Shown here: positions 1 to 10,683 of the stretch, in pieces
Numbering within the stretch: position 1 is the stretch's first letter
Layout of the letters: the number at the start of each line of letters is the position of its first letter
Source of the DNA: a virus
Lineage: Duplodnaviria > Caudoviricetes
DNA length: 64,000 nt
Virus record (IMG/VR): IMGVR_UViG_2811995030_000001
Span: 32,001-96,000 of that record
Strand: one strand, 5' to 3'
Made by a program: the position numbers and the translations under genes
The notes under the pieces: model-generated
Seen by the model: only the letters and a program-made list of their open reading frames with translations
What the model was told of the DNA's origin: nothing
Database searches by the model: none

Positions 1-813
1 AAGCTCAACTTTGCTATTACGCTCATCAGTGAATGGGTTAACAAGGTTGAAAGCATCTGAACGACCAATAGTAGAAGGGTTAAGACTAGTAAGCAACTCT
101 TCACGGATATTGTCAGTTAAAAGGTTTTTGTATGTAGCATCTGTAGCTTGTTGCATAGCGAAATGGTCAATAAGTAGAGTATCCGCTACGAATAGTGGAC
201 GACCACCATAACGACCTAGAGTGGAAGCTAATTTGTTATAATCAGCTAGAGCCAAGTTGTCTCCAGAAAGGATGTTAGCTGTTGGAATTTCTCCACTAGC
301 AGTAGCAGTAGCAGTAAGTTGTGCGATAGCGTCTAGATAAAGACGAACTTTAGCATTAGCAATATCTTGAGTTAGAGTACGGATAGACGCTTCAGCATCT
401 TCAACCATACCAAATGGCTCATAGTAGAAACCAGTAGTGAATGTTTTAGGTACAGCTACATCGAACTTTTTACCTTCAACACGAACTAGATCTACGCCTG
501 AACCGTTAGCAGACCAACGTACTTTAGCCTTGTTTTTAGTTGGGATTTCATATTTAATTACTTGATCTCTACGAGCATTCTTTGTGCTTGCAAAAATACC
601 AATCATATTAGTTACAATCGGTTTAGCGATTTCATCAGCTTTTTGAACTACAAGGTTGTTAAATTGATGAAGAAGAGAAGGGTCAGGATTGAATTCTCCT
701 GTACCAAATACTCGTGTAGCAAACTCACGAATATGTTGAGAATCTTTTTCTTCCATTTTGTCGTCAATTACACGAGAGAATAACCCTCTTAGTTTATCTG
801 TACTTAAAGTCAT
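1..813 (-). CDS. yonB: Major capsid protein, YonB-like (3' end runs off the window)
   Basis: Read manually: ATG at 813 after an AGGAGG RBS, MTLSTDKLRGLFSRVIDDK...; no stop seen before the window edge; follows the yonC/yonD-like genes. Confidence 0.75.
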   Translation of the reverse strand, partial: MTLSTDKLRGLFSRVIDDKMEEKDSQHIREFATRVFGTGEFNPDPSLLHQFNNLVVQKADEIAKPIVTNMIGIFASTKNARRDQVIKYEIPTKNKAKVRWSANGSGVDLVRVEGKKFDVAVPKTFTTGFYYEPFGMVEDAEASIRTLTQDIANAKVRLYLDAIAQLTATATASGEIPTANILSGDNLALADYNKLASTLGRYGGRPLFVADTLLIDHFAMQQATDATYKNLLTDNIREELLTSLNPSTIGRSDAFNLVNPFTDERNSKVEL

Positions 814-868
814 TTAAATTTCCTCCTAAAATATAATGAATATATGTAATTTATTTTTTTAATTTTAA

Positions 869-1399
869 TTAAGCTTCGATTACTTCAAAACGAACCTGTT
901 CTTTACCATTTGTGTACTCTAGGTCATCTTCGTTAGAAACAACTTCAAATTTAGCAGAAGCAGTTGCATAATCAACATGTGAACCGTCATGAATACGGAA
1001 TTTCTTAGCTGCTACATCCCAATGAGCCTTTTGGCCATTAGTAACTTTTGGAGCTGTTGCATCTAGCACAAAAGCAGAAGAATCAAAACGAGTATAAGCT
1101 GCTTCTAAAACAACGATACGAGCACGATCTCCAACACCATTATAGAAGTCTACAAGTTGCTCTCCCAAATAACGGTCTTCTGGAGTTGCGATAAGATAAG
1201 ATTTCTTAGCTACATCTGAAAGTTGTTTGCAAGTACGTTCACCTTCAGCGTTATATCCTAACTCCACAAGTGTGAAGTTATCAACATCTGCACCTACAAC
1301 AATTGCACCATGAGCAACTGTTTTTACCTTCAGGCTGTTTAAATTTCCAATTTCGTGATTACCAACTTCTGTTAAAGCTTTCATGTGACGAGTAGTCAT
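869..1399 (-). CDS. yonC: YonC-like virion/head decoration protein
   Basis: 176 aa, between the scaffold/protease and capsid genes as in SPbeta. Confidence 0.65.
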   Translation of the reverse strand: MTTRHMKALTEVGNHEIGNLNSLKVKTVAHGAIVVGADVDNFTLVELGYNAEGERTCKQLSDVAKKSYLIATPEDRYLGEQLVDFYNGVGDRARIVVLEAAYTRFDSSAFVLDATAPKVTNGQKAHWDVAAKKFRIHDGSHVDYATASAKFEVVSNEDDLEYTNGKEQVRFEVIEA

Positions 1400-1434
1400 G
1401 TATTACACTCTCCTTGTTTTTATAATTTATTTTA

Positions 1435-2874
1435 TTAAATAGAATATAAGCTATCGAAATCGTCTTCATCAGCAATGAGATTTTCTCGCTTGCTAGACAA
1501 TTCACGAATAACTTGATTTTCTACTTTTTCCTCTTTAACTGGTACTTGCACTAAATCAACAAGTTTTGTATTAAGTTGTAAAACTGCTTCATTATTATCT
1601 TTAGCTGCTTCAGCAATAAGTGATTGAATTTCCTCTTTCGCAAACTCTTCTTCTGCATTTACAGCTTCAAATTTAGCAGAGTAGTATTCTTTCTTTTCGC
1701 TAAGTTTCTTTTCAAACTGTTCTTGCTCATATTTCTCTTTGAAAGGAGAAAGGGTATCAATTTCAGAATTAAGCTTAATTAATTTTTCACTAGCATCATT
1801 AAACTGTACTTCCAATTCAGACTTAGCAATCTCTAAATCTTTTACAGACTTAGTAGCTTCATTGAGTTGAGTTTGAGCTTCTTCGTGAGTTTCTTTAAGT
1901 TCTTTAAGTTCATTTTGAATCTGTTCAAATTGTGTAACCTCAACCCAATCACGTTTTAAAAACACCTCTGTTTTTGAATCAAAGTTGATAGAAACAGCTT
2001 CATCATTTTTAGAGTACTCATACTTATAATAGTGGTAACCCTCTGATGAATCTAATTCAACAATAAAATAACCTTCATATACGTCAGTAATCCAAGAATA
2101 TACACCTTCACCTAATGTCGGGTCTAACTGACCGTATAGAAGGGTGCGAACATCTGAATGTGACAATTCAAACACTTTCTTAAACATATCTTCACCTTCC
2201 TTAGTTGTATCTTGATTAATAGCTTGAGCTACTAATTGTCTAAATTCATTTACTTCATTGAGACTTAATAGTTTGGCAGAATCATAGGCAGGATTAACAA
2301 TTGCATGATCTCCACGCTGCTCAGAGTTTAATACACAATGTCCTTCAAAATAGACAGGGGATTGTAAGTATTCAACACCTTCTACAAATGTGTAATTCTT
2401 GTAAAGTAATTCACAACTTGTATTAATGTTAACTCCACGGTTAAACCATTCAACGATTAAATCACAAGCATCAGAGAATCTTGTTTTCCACAGAATAGCG
2501 TCTGCTGCCAATACTTTCTTTTCAGCACCATTCTCATCTAGAATAGTTGTGATATATCCATTGGACATAAATGTACCAATAGGAGTAGTATCAAACTGAA
2601 CATCCAATTCTCCGTGTTTATTAGTTCCTAAAGAAGCTTCATGTCCACCTAATGCATCAGTAGATGTATTGAAATCTTCAACTTCATGGTACTTTGTAAC
2701 AATAGGTTTTCCCATAATAGTTTCAGCAATCTCTAAAGCTAATTCTTCCTCAATAACAGTATTGTTGTGGGATTTCTCAAAATCAAAAATTGAAAATGTA
2801 CACTTTAATTGAGTTGGATCATCTGTTTCAACAATGTTATTTAGTTGTAAATTCCAAAGCTTTCTTTTATCCAC
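1435..2874 (-). CDS. yonD: YonD-like prohead protease/scaffold protein
   Basis: 479 aa, globular N-terminus plus long acidic coiled-coil C-terminus; lies between portal and capsid. Confidence 0.7.
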   Translation of the reverse strand: MDKRKLWNLQLNNIVETDDPTQLKCTFSIFDFEKSHNNTVIEEELALEIAETIMGKPIVTKYHEVEDFNTSTDALGGHEASLGTNKHGELDVQFDTTPIGTFMSNGYITTILDENGAEKKVLAADAILWKTRFSDACDLIVEWFNRGVNINTSCELLYKNYTFVEGVEYLQSPVYFEGHCVLNSEQRGDHAIVNPAYDSAKLLSLNEVNEFRQLVAQAINQDTTKEGEDMFKKVFELSHSDVRTLLYGQLDPTLGEGVYSWITDVYEGYFIVELDSSEGYHYYKYEYSKNDEAVSINFDSKTEVFLKRDWVEVTQFEQIQNELKELKETHEEAQTQLNEATKSVKDLEIAKSELEVQFNDASEKLIKLNSEIDTLSPFKEKYEQEQFEKKLSEKKEYYSAKFEAVNAEEEFAKEEIQSLIAEAAKDNNEAVLQLNTKLVDLVQVPVKEEKVENQVIRELSSKRENLIADEDDFDSLYSI

Positions 2875-2881
2875 TTATTTT

Positions 2882-4255
2882 TCACCTCCTTATGGGAAGA
2901 GATAGATTGCATTTAGACATGAAAAAAGACGTTAATTTATTTCTAACGCCTTCATACTTATCCTTTAAATCTTCAGGATATATTCCTATATAGTGGATAT
3001 CGGGATTACTTTGATAATAATGACTTTTTCGTTTAGTTTTTCTAACATAAGTTTTAACAAGATCATCATCATACTCTTCATGGTACAATCCGTAAAATTC
3101 AATATATAAAGGTTTATCTAGCAAAGGAAAATCTTTATTGTCTAAAAAGAAGTCAGGACAATACCACTCTTTATGTTCATTGTTGTAAAAAATCTTTTTT
3201 CGTTTAGAACCTATACCTTGAATGGATTTTAAGTTTAAGTCGGAATACAGAAAATCAAAGACCTCTTTCTCCTGAAAAGAGTCGCATTTGGTAACTCCGT
3301 CTGCTCCAAAAAAGGTTTTAAAGTCTTTTTCCTCTAGATTGAAGTTTGGAAATAAGCCGTTTATCCATTCTGAAAAAGAGTTGTAGTGTTTATGACGATA
3401 TATGCAATTATATAAAGAAATTTTTCCGTTATCTCTGAGCGCATCACAAGTAAACAAGGCAGGTAGTTGTTGCTTAGGTGATTCTAGGCTTGGTAATAAA
3501 GAATCTATATACTGCTTCATTTCTCTATCCACATTCGCTTTAACTTTCCAGTAGTTCCCTTTCTTCACCTTGAAGTCACATTCTGACGTGGTTATTTCTT
3601 TTTTGTTTAAAAACCATATTAATAACTTTCGCATATCACCGAACTTGTTGACTAAAGAATCTAATTTATATTCTTTTTGAATATTCGATAGTGATATCTG
3701 GCTGTTTAAAATATCTTGTATTGGATATTTCATTAGTACAGCTTCCATAACCCTCTCTATCTCTTCCTCTTTCCAAAAGGCAGTTCCCATACATCTTTTT
3801 CTAAGTATAGCCGTATCTTTGTCAGAGTAAAAATTTTTAATAAATTCTAAAAGACTTCCGCTGTGTTTATAGATACATGTTAATTTATAATCTTTGATTA
3901 AATTTGTAGAAAGCTCATTAATATCCTTAATCCCAATCACATTAAATGCTACATAATCCACTAGTTCTCTCATATTGTCCTTAATATTAATTTCATCAGG
4001 AAGCCTACTCAGATTTTTGCCATTGGGAGTTCCGTAATAAATAAACTTCCACCACTCTATAGGGGAGTATGTTTTAAAGTAATCTTCATTTAAAATTATT
4101 CCATACTTATTTTTGTATTTCCCAATGTTTCTGCGAACAGTGTTGCAATTTAAGCATATTCTCCTTAATCCAAATCGTCTATTCTTATCTGAAGTGAAAT
4201 AGTCTGCATTAAAGGGTAAAGATTGGTTACATTTACTACAATTAACGTTTTTCAT
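2882..4255 (-). CDS. Free-standing homing-endonuclease-like protein (Zn ribbon, repeats, PD-(D/E)XK-type C-terminus)
   Basis: N-terminal CxxC...CxxC; C-terminal CDSFQEKEV...YCPDF...IEFYG motif; interrupts portal-yonD synteny. Confidence 0.6.
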   Translation of the reverse strand: MKNVNCSKCNQSLPFNADYFTSDKNRRFGLRRICLNCNTVRRNIGKYKNKYGIILNEDYFKTYSPIEWWKFIYYGTPNGKNLSRLPDEINIKDNMRELVDYVAFNVIGIKDINELSTNLIKDYKLTCIYKHSGSLLEFIKNFYSDKDTAILRKRCMGTAFWKEEEIERVMEAVLMKYPIQDILNSQISLSNIQKEYKLDSLVNKFGDMRKLLIWFLNKKEITTSECDFKVKKGNYWKVKANVDREMKQYIDSLLPSLESPKQQLPALFTCDALRDNGKISLYNCIYRHKHYNSFSEWINGLFPNFNLEEKDFKTFFGADGVTKCDSFQEKEVFDFLYSDLNLKSIQGIGSKRKKIFYNNEHKEWYCPDFFLDNKDFPLLDKPLYIEFYGLYHEEYDDDLVKTYVRKTKRKSHYYQSNPDIHYIGIYPEDLKDKYEGVRNKLTSFFMSKCNLSLPIRR

Positions 4256-4287
4256 AATATCATCCTTTGTAAAATATAAAAGCGAAC

Positions 4288-4452
4288 TTAATAACCTCTT
4301 CTATTTTTGAGGTAAGTATTTAATTTATCACTTCCCTCAAACACCCAGAAGTTACGCTTGGTCTTAAAGTGTTGTGCTTGATGAATATACTGTATTCCTT
4401 CAAGCAATAATTCTTTCTTCAACTTAGGAGAGTAGCAGTAGAATAATTTCAA
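4288..4452 (-). CDS. Small DUF5659-like protein (54 aa), not in the ORF track
   Basis: TTG start after GAGGTG; MKLFYCYSPKLKKELLLEGIQYIHQAQHFKTKRNFWVFEGSDKLNTYLKNRRGY; same motif pattern as 33669..33860. Confidence 0.7.
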   Translation of the reverse strand: MKLFYCYSPKLKKELLLEGIQYIHQAQHFKTKRNFWVFEGSDKLNTYLKNRRGY

Positions 4453-4470
4453 AGATTAAACTCACCTCTT

Positions 4471-5988
4471 TTATTCAGGTAATGAATTACTATCATTCTC
4501 TTTGCTTTTAATAGTGTTTTCATTCTGACTTTCTATTTCGGGTCTCCCATCTTCCTCTTGACCTGTAGAGGTATAAGCAGAAGCATACGGTTTGATTTTC
4601 TCTTGAAGTTTTAACACTTCTTGTTCATATACAGATTGTTCAATGTATTCATCGAAGTTTATTCCGCTTACCATATCAACAATAGGTTTCAAAGCAAATC
4701 CTTCTTGCGTATGTAATTTAAGCAATACATCAATCTTCTCTTTAAGTGTCAAAGGTTGCTCTTTGTCATAAGTTAGTGTGAAGTTGTCAGTTTGATTAGA
4801 AGGGAGGACGATGTTAAATAATTTTGCATAAATCCTTTCAATATCTTCTAACAAATCCCCAATCTTCTTATAGAGAACATCAATGTTGATTTTTGCAGAA
4901 GCAAAGTTAGAGCCTGTTCCATTTAACAGGCTTTGTGAAAGTCCATAACTAGATGTAATATCATGGTTGATTGAGTCAAACTTCTTAGGATCTAGGCTGT
5001 TTCCGCTTTTAATGTCAGGGAATTCAATGTCAGCAAATTCAGGAATAGTAACAACAGTAATTCCGTCTTTACTATTCTTCTCTAAAGCACCTTTAACTCC
5101 TGAGTGGATTTTCTTTTTAACTCCTTTAGGTAGCTTCATATTTGCATATTGACCATCATTAGCTTCACTACCAACTTTTAACACAGCAACAGCATTAATA
5201 ATTTTGTTGGCTACGGCCTTCTCTAAATCTTTAAGTTTCTTCTTGTGAAGGATGTCATACATTCCTTGTGTAATCCAACTTACCCCACGATTTTGTGAAC
5301 GTTTAAGAGTATGCGTTCTAATTACTCCTGTGCGCTCTTGAGGTAGGTCAATATATTTATACTGACTTTTTGTGGAGTTGCTTTTATAACGTTGGTAATC
5401 CTTATCTGTGATGTAAGGAGAGAGATTTTCTAATGTGACAGTTCTCATATAATCTGTCATTGTGTCAAACCAACTCATATCAACAGTAACTTGCCATTCT
5501 CCTTGCAATCTATGAGAAGGGAACACGTAATCCAAATCATCAAAAATGTAAAAGTAAGGATTCTTACTGTCTCCTAACCAAATACCACAGAGAGTTCCAG
5601 AAGTTATTGTTTGAGAAATCATATCTCGTGTTAAGGTTTTATGACCAATTTTGTAAAGAAGCTTATTAATGTTGCCCATATGTTTTTCATAGGATTTGTT
5701 TTTCTCAAAGACATCCAATTTATAATTTAAAGTAGGAAGGACTCTAGTAATGTCTAGTAATTGAAAAATCTCACCGTTTGTAATGTAATAGTATTGGGCG
5801 ATATTTTCAATTTCCTTTTGGAAAGCATCGGGATTGGAAAACCACTGTTTAAGTTTCTTACTGTCAACTTCTGTAACAATGCCGTCAGAGAATAACTTAG
5901 AAACAAATCCATCTACATAAGTGTTGATATAATCCTTATACTCATTAATACTTCGATCATAATTTTCTTGTGTAAAATCCTCACTCAC
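4471..5988 (-). CDS. yonE: Portal protein, YonE-like
   Basis: 505 aa immediately downstream of the terminase; size and synteny. Confidence 0.8.
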   Translation of the reverse strand: MSEDFTQENYDRSINEYKDYINTYVDGFVSKLFSDGIVTEVDSKKLKQWFSNPDAFQKEIENIAQYYYITNGEIFQLLDITRVLPTLNYKLDVFEKNKSYEKHMGNINKLLYKIGHKTLTRDMISQTITSGTLCGIWLGDSKNPYFYIFDDLDYVFPSHRLQGEWQVTVDMSWFDTMTDYMRTVTLENLSPYITDKDYQRYKSNSTKSQYKYIDLPQERTGVIRTHTLKRSQNRGVSWITQGMYDILHKKKLKDLEKAVANKIINAVAVLKVGSEANDGQYANMKLPKGVKKKIHSGVKGALEKNSKDGITVVTIPEFADIEFPDIKSGNSLDPKKFDSINHDITSSYGLSQSLLNGTGSNFASAKINIDVLYKKIGDLLEDIERIYAKLFNIVLPSNQTDNFTLTYDKEQPLTLKEKIDVLLKLHTQEGFALKPIVDMVSGINFDEYIEQSVYEQEVLKLQEKIKPYASAYTSTGQEEDGRPEIESQNENTIKSKENDSNSLPE

Positions 5989-6018
5989 TCAAACACCTCC
6001 TTTGTATTTTATTTATGT

Positions 6019-7803
6019 TTAATAATAAACGAATTCATCATCTTCATCATATTGCTCTTCAGTTTCTTCTTTTTCTAAGAACATGAATATGTAGTAAAGG
6101 GCATAGGCTAATGCAGAATATCTGTCTTTATCTATTTTCTTTTGTACTTGTTCAACAGTGATTGAAGTCTTAGTGGTTTTCAACTTTAAGTTTGAAACTT
6201 CATCAATTAAATATTGAGTATGCTTATAAGCTTGCTCTTCCTCAGTTGCACTTTCTGAAGAAGTGGACTTACCTTTAATATCATCAAACACTTTAAGCAT
6301 CTTTAATTTACCAGTTTCTACGTAATCAATGAACGCACGTATAATGTCTCCATTTATACCTTGAGCAGTTAAATCATAAATAATTCTAGGCGCATTAGGT
6401 ACGTCAGGTTTTTGTTCTGTATTAACTGTATCAAAACACCCTAATTCTTCATTAGTTTCGGGATCAGTAACGTCTTCTAACATTCTATCAATAAGTCCCT
6501 TACCAATTACGTTACCATCGACTACAATAGTTTTAACTCTTGATTTATTTAAATCTAAGCTTCCACCGTATTTATAAAACATACGTTTAACTAATATACT
6601 TTGCTCTTTAAAACTTAAGCCATTAGGTGGCTCTACGATATTAACTAATTGAATTTGTCTAATAACACCGCTATTACTTCTGACTATCTTTAAAACAACA
6701 ATCGCTGTTTTGTTATTACTTTGAGAATTACTACGTGCAACGTCAATTCCAAAGATATATTCATTCAGTTCAAAATTACCACGTTTATCCCTAGGGCACT
6801 CTAATTCAGGCTTGTTTAAGGTTCTTATTTTGAGTAATTTAGAAATATTAATTAATGCTCCATCTGTAGCTCCAACCCAACGAGATTCATAGTTCATTGC
6901 AAATGCAGTGGAAGAGGTTGTGGGATCTTTCTTTTTAGCTAAGATTTGAGTTCTTGTCTCTCCACGTCCAAAATGGCAGGGGAGTTCCCAACTAGCTCCT
7001 AAAACAATTTTCCCTTTAAGGTCAGCCATTTCATCCAACATATTAAGAATGCGGTTAAACTCATCCGATCCTCTATAGCCTGACGTTGTGAGGTAGTTAA
7101 TCATTCCATTTAGCTCATATGGATTTATAGTAGCTAAAGCACCAATTGTTCTTCGAGGTACGTTAACTACAGGCTCTAATACATCTTTAAACAATTCATT
7201 GTTTAGTAGAGCTGATTCTTCTACATTTAATCTTCTCCTACGTTGCCCTTTGGTAGATTGAGCATTGGCCAAAACAGTATAAGTTCCCCCAGAAGAGAAG
7301 ATGACTTCCACACTATCCTTAGTAAAACTTGGGCTTTTGGCTAACTCGTTTTTCATCAAAGGAAACCATTTCATAATCTCGTTGTGTTTTTCTTCACTGA
7401 TAGAAGCAGCGTTCTCACGAGTCTGAGCTGACATAGCTATTGTAATATCAGGAAACCATATACAAGTATGATAGATAGACATTAACTCAAGCATTGTTTT
7501 ACCAAATCCACGAGGGAACACTCCATAAGTACTAACAAAACGACTCATACAGCGTAAAAACACACGCTGATCTAAATCTAATCTCATTCCGCCTTTTTCG
7601 GGCTTTATAAGGTCATACCACAGGTCTGGGAACCAGCGCGACCATTGAACAAACTCTGTCCACTGGTCTAGATTTTTCTCGAATGAATCCATTTTATTTT
7701 CATTAGCTTGAACACTGGAGTTAAACGCAGGATTGTCATCCATTCGTGAACTCGCTTTTGTATATTTAAAATTATCACTGCGGAAGTTTTTTCCACTTGC
7801 CAT
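6019..7803 (-). CDS. yonF: Terminase large subunit, YonF-like
   Basis: Walker A PRGFGKT, Walker B LNVEE, nuclease motifs GIDVA and DRYSAL. Confidence 0.92.
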   Translation of the reverse strand: MASGKNFRSDNFKYTKASSRMDDNPAFNSSVQANENKMDSFEKNLDQWTEFVQWSRWFPDLWYDLIKPEKGGMRLDLDQRVFLRCMSRFVSTYGVFPRGFGKTMLELMSIYHTCIWFPDITIAMSAQTRENAASISEEKHNEIMKWFPLMKNELAKSPSFTKDSVEVIFSSGGTYTVLANAQSTKGQRRRRLNVEESALLNNELFKDVLEPVVNVPRRTIGALATINPYELNGMINYLTTSGYRGSDEFNRILNMLDEMADLKGKIVLGASWELPCHFGRGETRTQILAKKKDPTTSSTAFAMNYESRWVGATDGALINISKLLKIRTLNKPELECPRDKRGNFELNEYIFGIDVARSNSQSNNKTAIVVLKIVRSNSGVIRQIQLVNIVEPPNGLSFKEQSILVKRMFYKYGGSLDLNKSRVKTIVVDGNVIGKGLIDRMLEDVTDPETNEELGCFDTVNTEQKPDVPNAPRIIYDLTAQGINGDIIRAFIDYVETGKLKMLKVFDDIKGKSTSSESATEEEQAYKHTQYLIDEVSNLKLKTTKTSITVEQVQKKIDKDRYSALAYALYYIFMFLEKEETEEQYDEDDEFVYY

Positions 7804-7805
7804 TA

Positions 7806-8735
7806 TTAATTATCCTCCCTCATAGAAGGATCGTTATCTAGTTCTTGTTTTTCATAATCAGCTCTTCGTTCTTCATAAAAATTGTAAATGTCTTTATAGT
7901 CCGCTTCAGGAAGTCCTTTTAAATCTCTTATATAATTTAAATAGCACCATAAAACAACATCTGGCTTATCTTTGGGTTGTGAGATAAATTTTGGAAGTAC
8001 AGGAATAATATCTTTTCTTTCTTCTACCATTCTTGCTAACTGGCCAAATCCATCTAAACCTTGTGATAAGTCAGCTTTACTCATTTGAGAAGGTTTTAAT
8101 TTTCCTGCTTCAGCAACATCTTTAGCCATTGAAGCCCAATCCTTAGCCTGCTTAAAATCTCCTTTAGCCTTAGCTAATGTTTCATAAACTTTGTTTACAC
8201 AGTATTCTCTCAAACACTCTTCGTGCATAGTTGTAACAAGTTGAAAACTTGGACGTAATTGCAAGAATTTCTTTTCAAACAGAAGATAGTCATCATCAGG
8301 ATAACCATACCCATATTTCTCTTTTAAGTCTTCAAGCTCTTTAGGAGAGATTTTCGAGTTAGAGTGTTTGTTATCTACATCTGAGTCTTCGTTACTGTTG
8401 TTATTGACAGTCTTACTAGGTTCAGGAATCTTACTATTGCTCCAGTTTGTACCTTCAAACTGTTTTAAAGAGTTGACCATTGTCATATAACGTTTGAATG
8501 TATCAATCTTACTAGCTTTAGCTTTATCCCAATAAAGAGGATCAAACATTACGTCTAGTTGTTGAAGTACTCTGTAGATAGTGCTCATATCCTCATAGTT
8601 AACCATTGATATTAAGCAGGCTTTACAGAAAGGAATCTTACCTAGTTCTTTATAAATTCCGCTCCTTGCATTGTAAAAGTTTTTCTCTCTGTTACGTTCA
8701 TTCTTACAGTTAATGCATTTTAAAGTTTCGCTCAT
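7806..8735 (-). CDS. yonG: YonG-like protein (possible terminase small subunit)
   Basis: 309 aa, N-terminal CxxC..CxxC, directly upstream of the terminase large subunit. Confidence 0.6.
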   Translation of the reverse strand: MSETLKCINCKNERNREKNFYNARSGIYKELGKIPFCKACLISMVNYEDMSTIYRVLQQLDVMFDPLYWDKAKASKIDTFKRYMTMVNSLKQFEGTNWSNSKIPEPSKTVNNNSNEDSDVDNKHSNSKISPKELEDLKEKYGYGYPDDDYLLFEKKFLQLRPSFQLVTTMHEECLREYCVNKVYETLAKAKGDFKQAKDWASMAKDVAEAGKLKPSQMSKADLSQGLDGFGQLARMVEERKDIIPVLPKFISQPKDKPDVVLWCYLNYIRDLKGLPEADYKDIYNFYEERRADYEKQELDNDPSMREDN

Positions 8736-8765
8736 CTATATATCACCGCCTTGAGTCTAAAAATG

Positions 8766-8796
8766 AAAAAGGAGACAGTCGCTTGACCGCCTCCTT
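8766..8796 (-). terminator. Probable intrinsic terminator
   Basis: AAGGAGGCGGTC-AAGC-GACTGTCTCCTT followed by a T run on the minus strand. Confidence 0.6.
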
Positions 8797-8858
8797 GGAA
8801 TAATATTTTCTATGCAACACTTAGGTTTTAAGTGCTGTTAACAAAATACTATTTAGTT

Positions 8859-9440
8859 TTATAATACTTTATCTACAATACCATGCTTAACTGCATCTTC
8901 TACACCAAAGAACCAATCTAATTTACCACGTTTAACTTTATCTAGCTGAGCCTTTTTAAGATTAGTTTTCTCTAGTAGAATATTGTCATACATTTTCTGT
9001 AAACGTTTATTTTCTTTAGTGATTTCTTCAATTTCTGTATTTTTACCTACGCCACCACTCGAAACTTCATGATACATAAAGTTACTGTATTTTCCTGCAA
9101 GACGTTCATGACATACAGAGAAAATCAAGAATCCCATTGACATTACGTAGCCGTCACAGATACCAATGACTTTTGTTTTGCTTCTTTCAATAGCCGAACA
9201 AATACCAAATCCATCATACACAACTCCACCGTAAGAGTTAATATAAATTTTAATTGGTTTGCGTTCTTCAACAGGAATATTAGCTTTTTCATCCTCAGTA
9301 TTGAAGCGTTCGATTTGCATAGCTACAGGCTCATATAGAAGGTAATCAACTCCGTCATTAAGTATAATCTTACGTTCTTTCAGGTCTTCTAAGTAAATTT
9401 TATCTTCAACATTAGTAATTTTCTCAGAATTGTAATCCAT
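8859..9440 (-). CDS. clpP: ClpP-like serine protease
   Basis: IKIYINSYGG, GYVMSMG (Ser), FMYHE (His), DWFFGVEDAVKHGIVD. Confidence 0.85.
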   Translation of the reverse strand: MDYNSEKITNVEDKIYLEDLKERKIILNDGVDYLLYEPVAMQIERFNTEDEKANIPVEERKPIKIYINSYGGVVYDGFGICSAIERSKTKVIGICDGYVMSMGFLIFSVCHERLAGKYSNFMYHEVSSGGVGKNTEIEEITKENKRLQKMYDNILLEKTNLKKAQLDKVKRGKLDWFFGVEDAVKHGIVDKVL

Positions 9441-9480
9441 ATGTAACCTCCAATATTCTTATTTTATGTATTTTATTTTA

Positions 9481-10671
9481 TTAATTATGTAATTTAATAT
9501 CGTATGTAGCTAAGCGACCTTCATCTTCATCAAAGATAATTAATTTTTGAGCACATTTACTAGTTCTACGAATGTCTTTTGCAAATTCATCAACACCTGA
9601 GAAGCTGCGGTTGATAATAATCTCAACTCCATGATCCTCATTCTCTTCATGGTGATGATAGTGTCCCATAACAATATATTCTGCAAATGTTTTTGTCATT
9701 TGACTTATATCATGATTGACATTTTTAATCTTGTCTTTGTGTCCATGTACTCCGAAAATTGTATGGCCAAGAATATCTGTTACAATAATTTCATCGTCAT
9801 ATTTATTTTCCATGAAAGTAATATTCTTCACATGAGACAGTCTCAATTTCAAGAAGTGAGGAATGAAATCATTAAAACTTTCTTTTGCAATCTCATCTTT
9901 TTTATTAGCTGTGACTCTATCATGATTTCCTCTGACGTTGTATACTTTAACTTCTTCAAACTCATTACATAATTCTGCCAACACTTCTGAAAGAATATCA
10001 GAAACTTGAATTGTTTGTGTTACTGCGTCTTCAGTGTTGTTGATACGTGTAATCAGATGAATAAGACCGTTGATAAGGTCGCCTAAAAGGAACACATTCA
10101 TTACTTTAACCTTATGTAGTTGACTATGAGAAACCGTTCTAGTGATGAGCTTCTTCATTCTTCGCTTAAACTCTTCGTTATTGAAATCGTTCCAATAATT
10201 TTTTGCAAACATTCCATAATGAGTGTCGGAGATTAATAGCAAACCTTCTTTAGTAGAATCGTTAACAAAAGTTCGATCAACCCAAGATAGAGGCTTAGTG
10301 TGATTTAGCTTCTTAATTTCTTCAGTCGCTACTTCAAAGTATTCTTTCATTCGAGCTTCCACACGATTAGGTTTGAAATACTCTCGCTTTCTATCAGCAT
10401 ATCTAATCTTCATTTGCTCGAATTCAACAATTTTATCTTCAAGTTCTAATAGTTGCTCACTTACATCTGAATTATCAGTAGTGGCATCTTGATAGCCTTC
10501 AGAATAAAAACGCCAAAATTTACGAAACCAATCAGGGGATTTATTTTCTCCTGTTGCTTCAAACCAAAGGGGAGGGAGGTCTTTCCATCTTAAATCATAC
10601 AAGTCCTTATTTTTACATAAACGAATACGATACGCATCTACTGACTCATTTGATTTGATTTTATATTCCAT
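9481..10671 (-). CDS. yonJ: YonJ-like calcineurin-like metallophosphoesterase
   Basis: SDTH, LGD, GNHD, HGH and GHYH motifs. Confidence 0.8.
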   Translation of the reverse strand: MEYKIKSNESVDAYRIRLCKNKDLYDLRWKDLPPLWFEATGENKSPDWFRKFWRFYSEGYQDATTDNSDVSEQLLELEDKIVEFEQMKIRYADRKREYFKPNRVEARMKEYFEVATEEIKKLNHTKPLSWVDRTFVNDSTKEGLLLISDTHYGMFAKNYWNDFNNEEFKRRMKKLITRTVSHSQLHKVKVMNVFLLGDLINGLIHLITRINNTEDAVTQTIQVSDILSEVLAELCNEFEEVKVYNVRGNHDRVTANKKDEIAKESFNDFIPHFLKLRLSHVKNITFMENKYDDEIIVTDILGHTIFGVHGHKDKIKNVNHDISQMTKTFAEYIVMGHYHHHEENEDHGVEIIINRSFSGVDEFAKDIRRTSKCAQKLIIFDEDEGRLATYDIKLHN

Positions 10672-10683
10672 TCATTCACCTTC

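Noticed and set aside
11-783. Plus-strand ORFs 11..211 and 562..783
   Set aside because: Antisense shadows of the minus-strand capsid gene.
2882-4255. Group I intron or intein around the endonuclease
   Set aside because: The flanking portal and yonD genes appear complete and no intron core was recognised; treated as free-standing.
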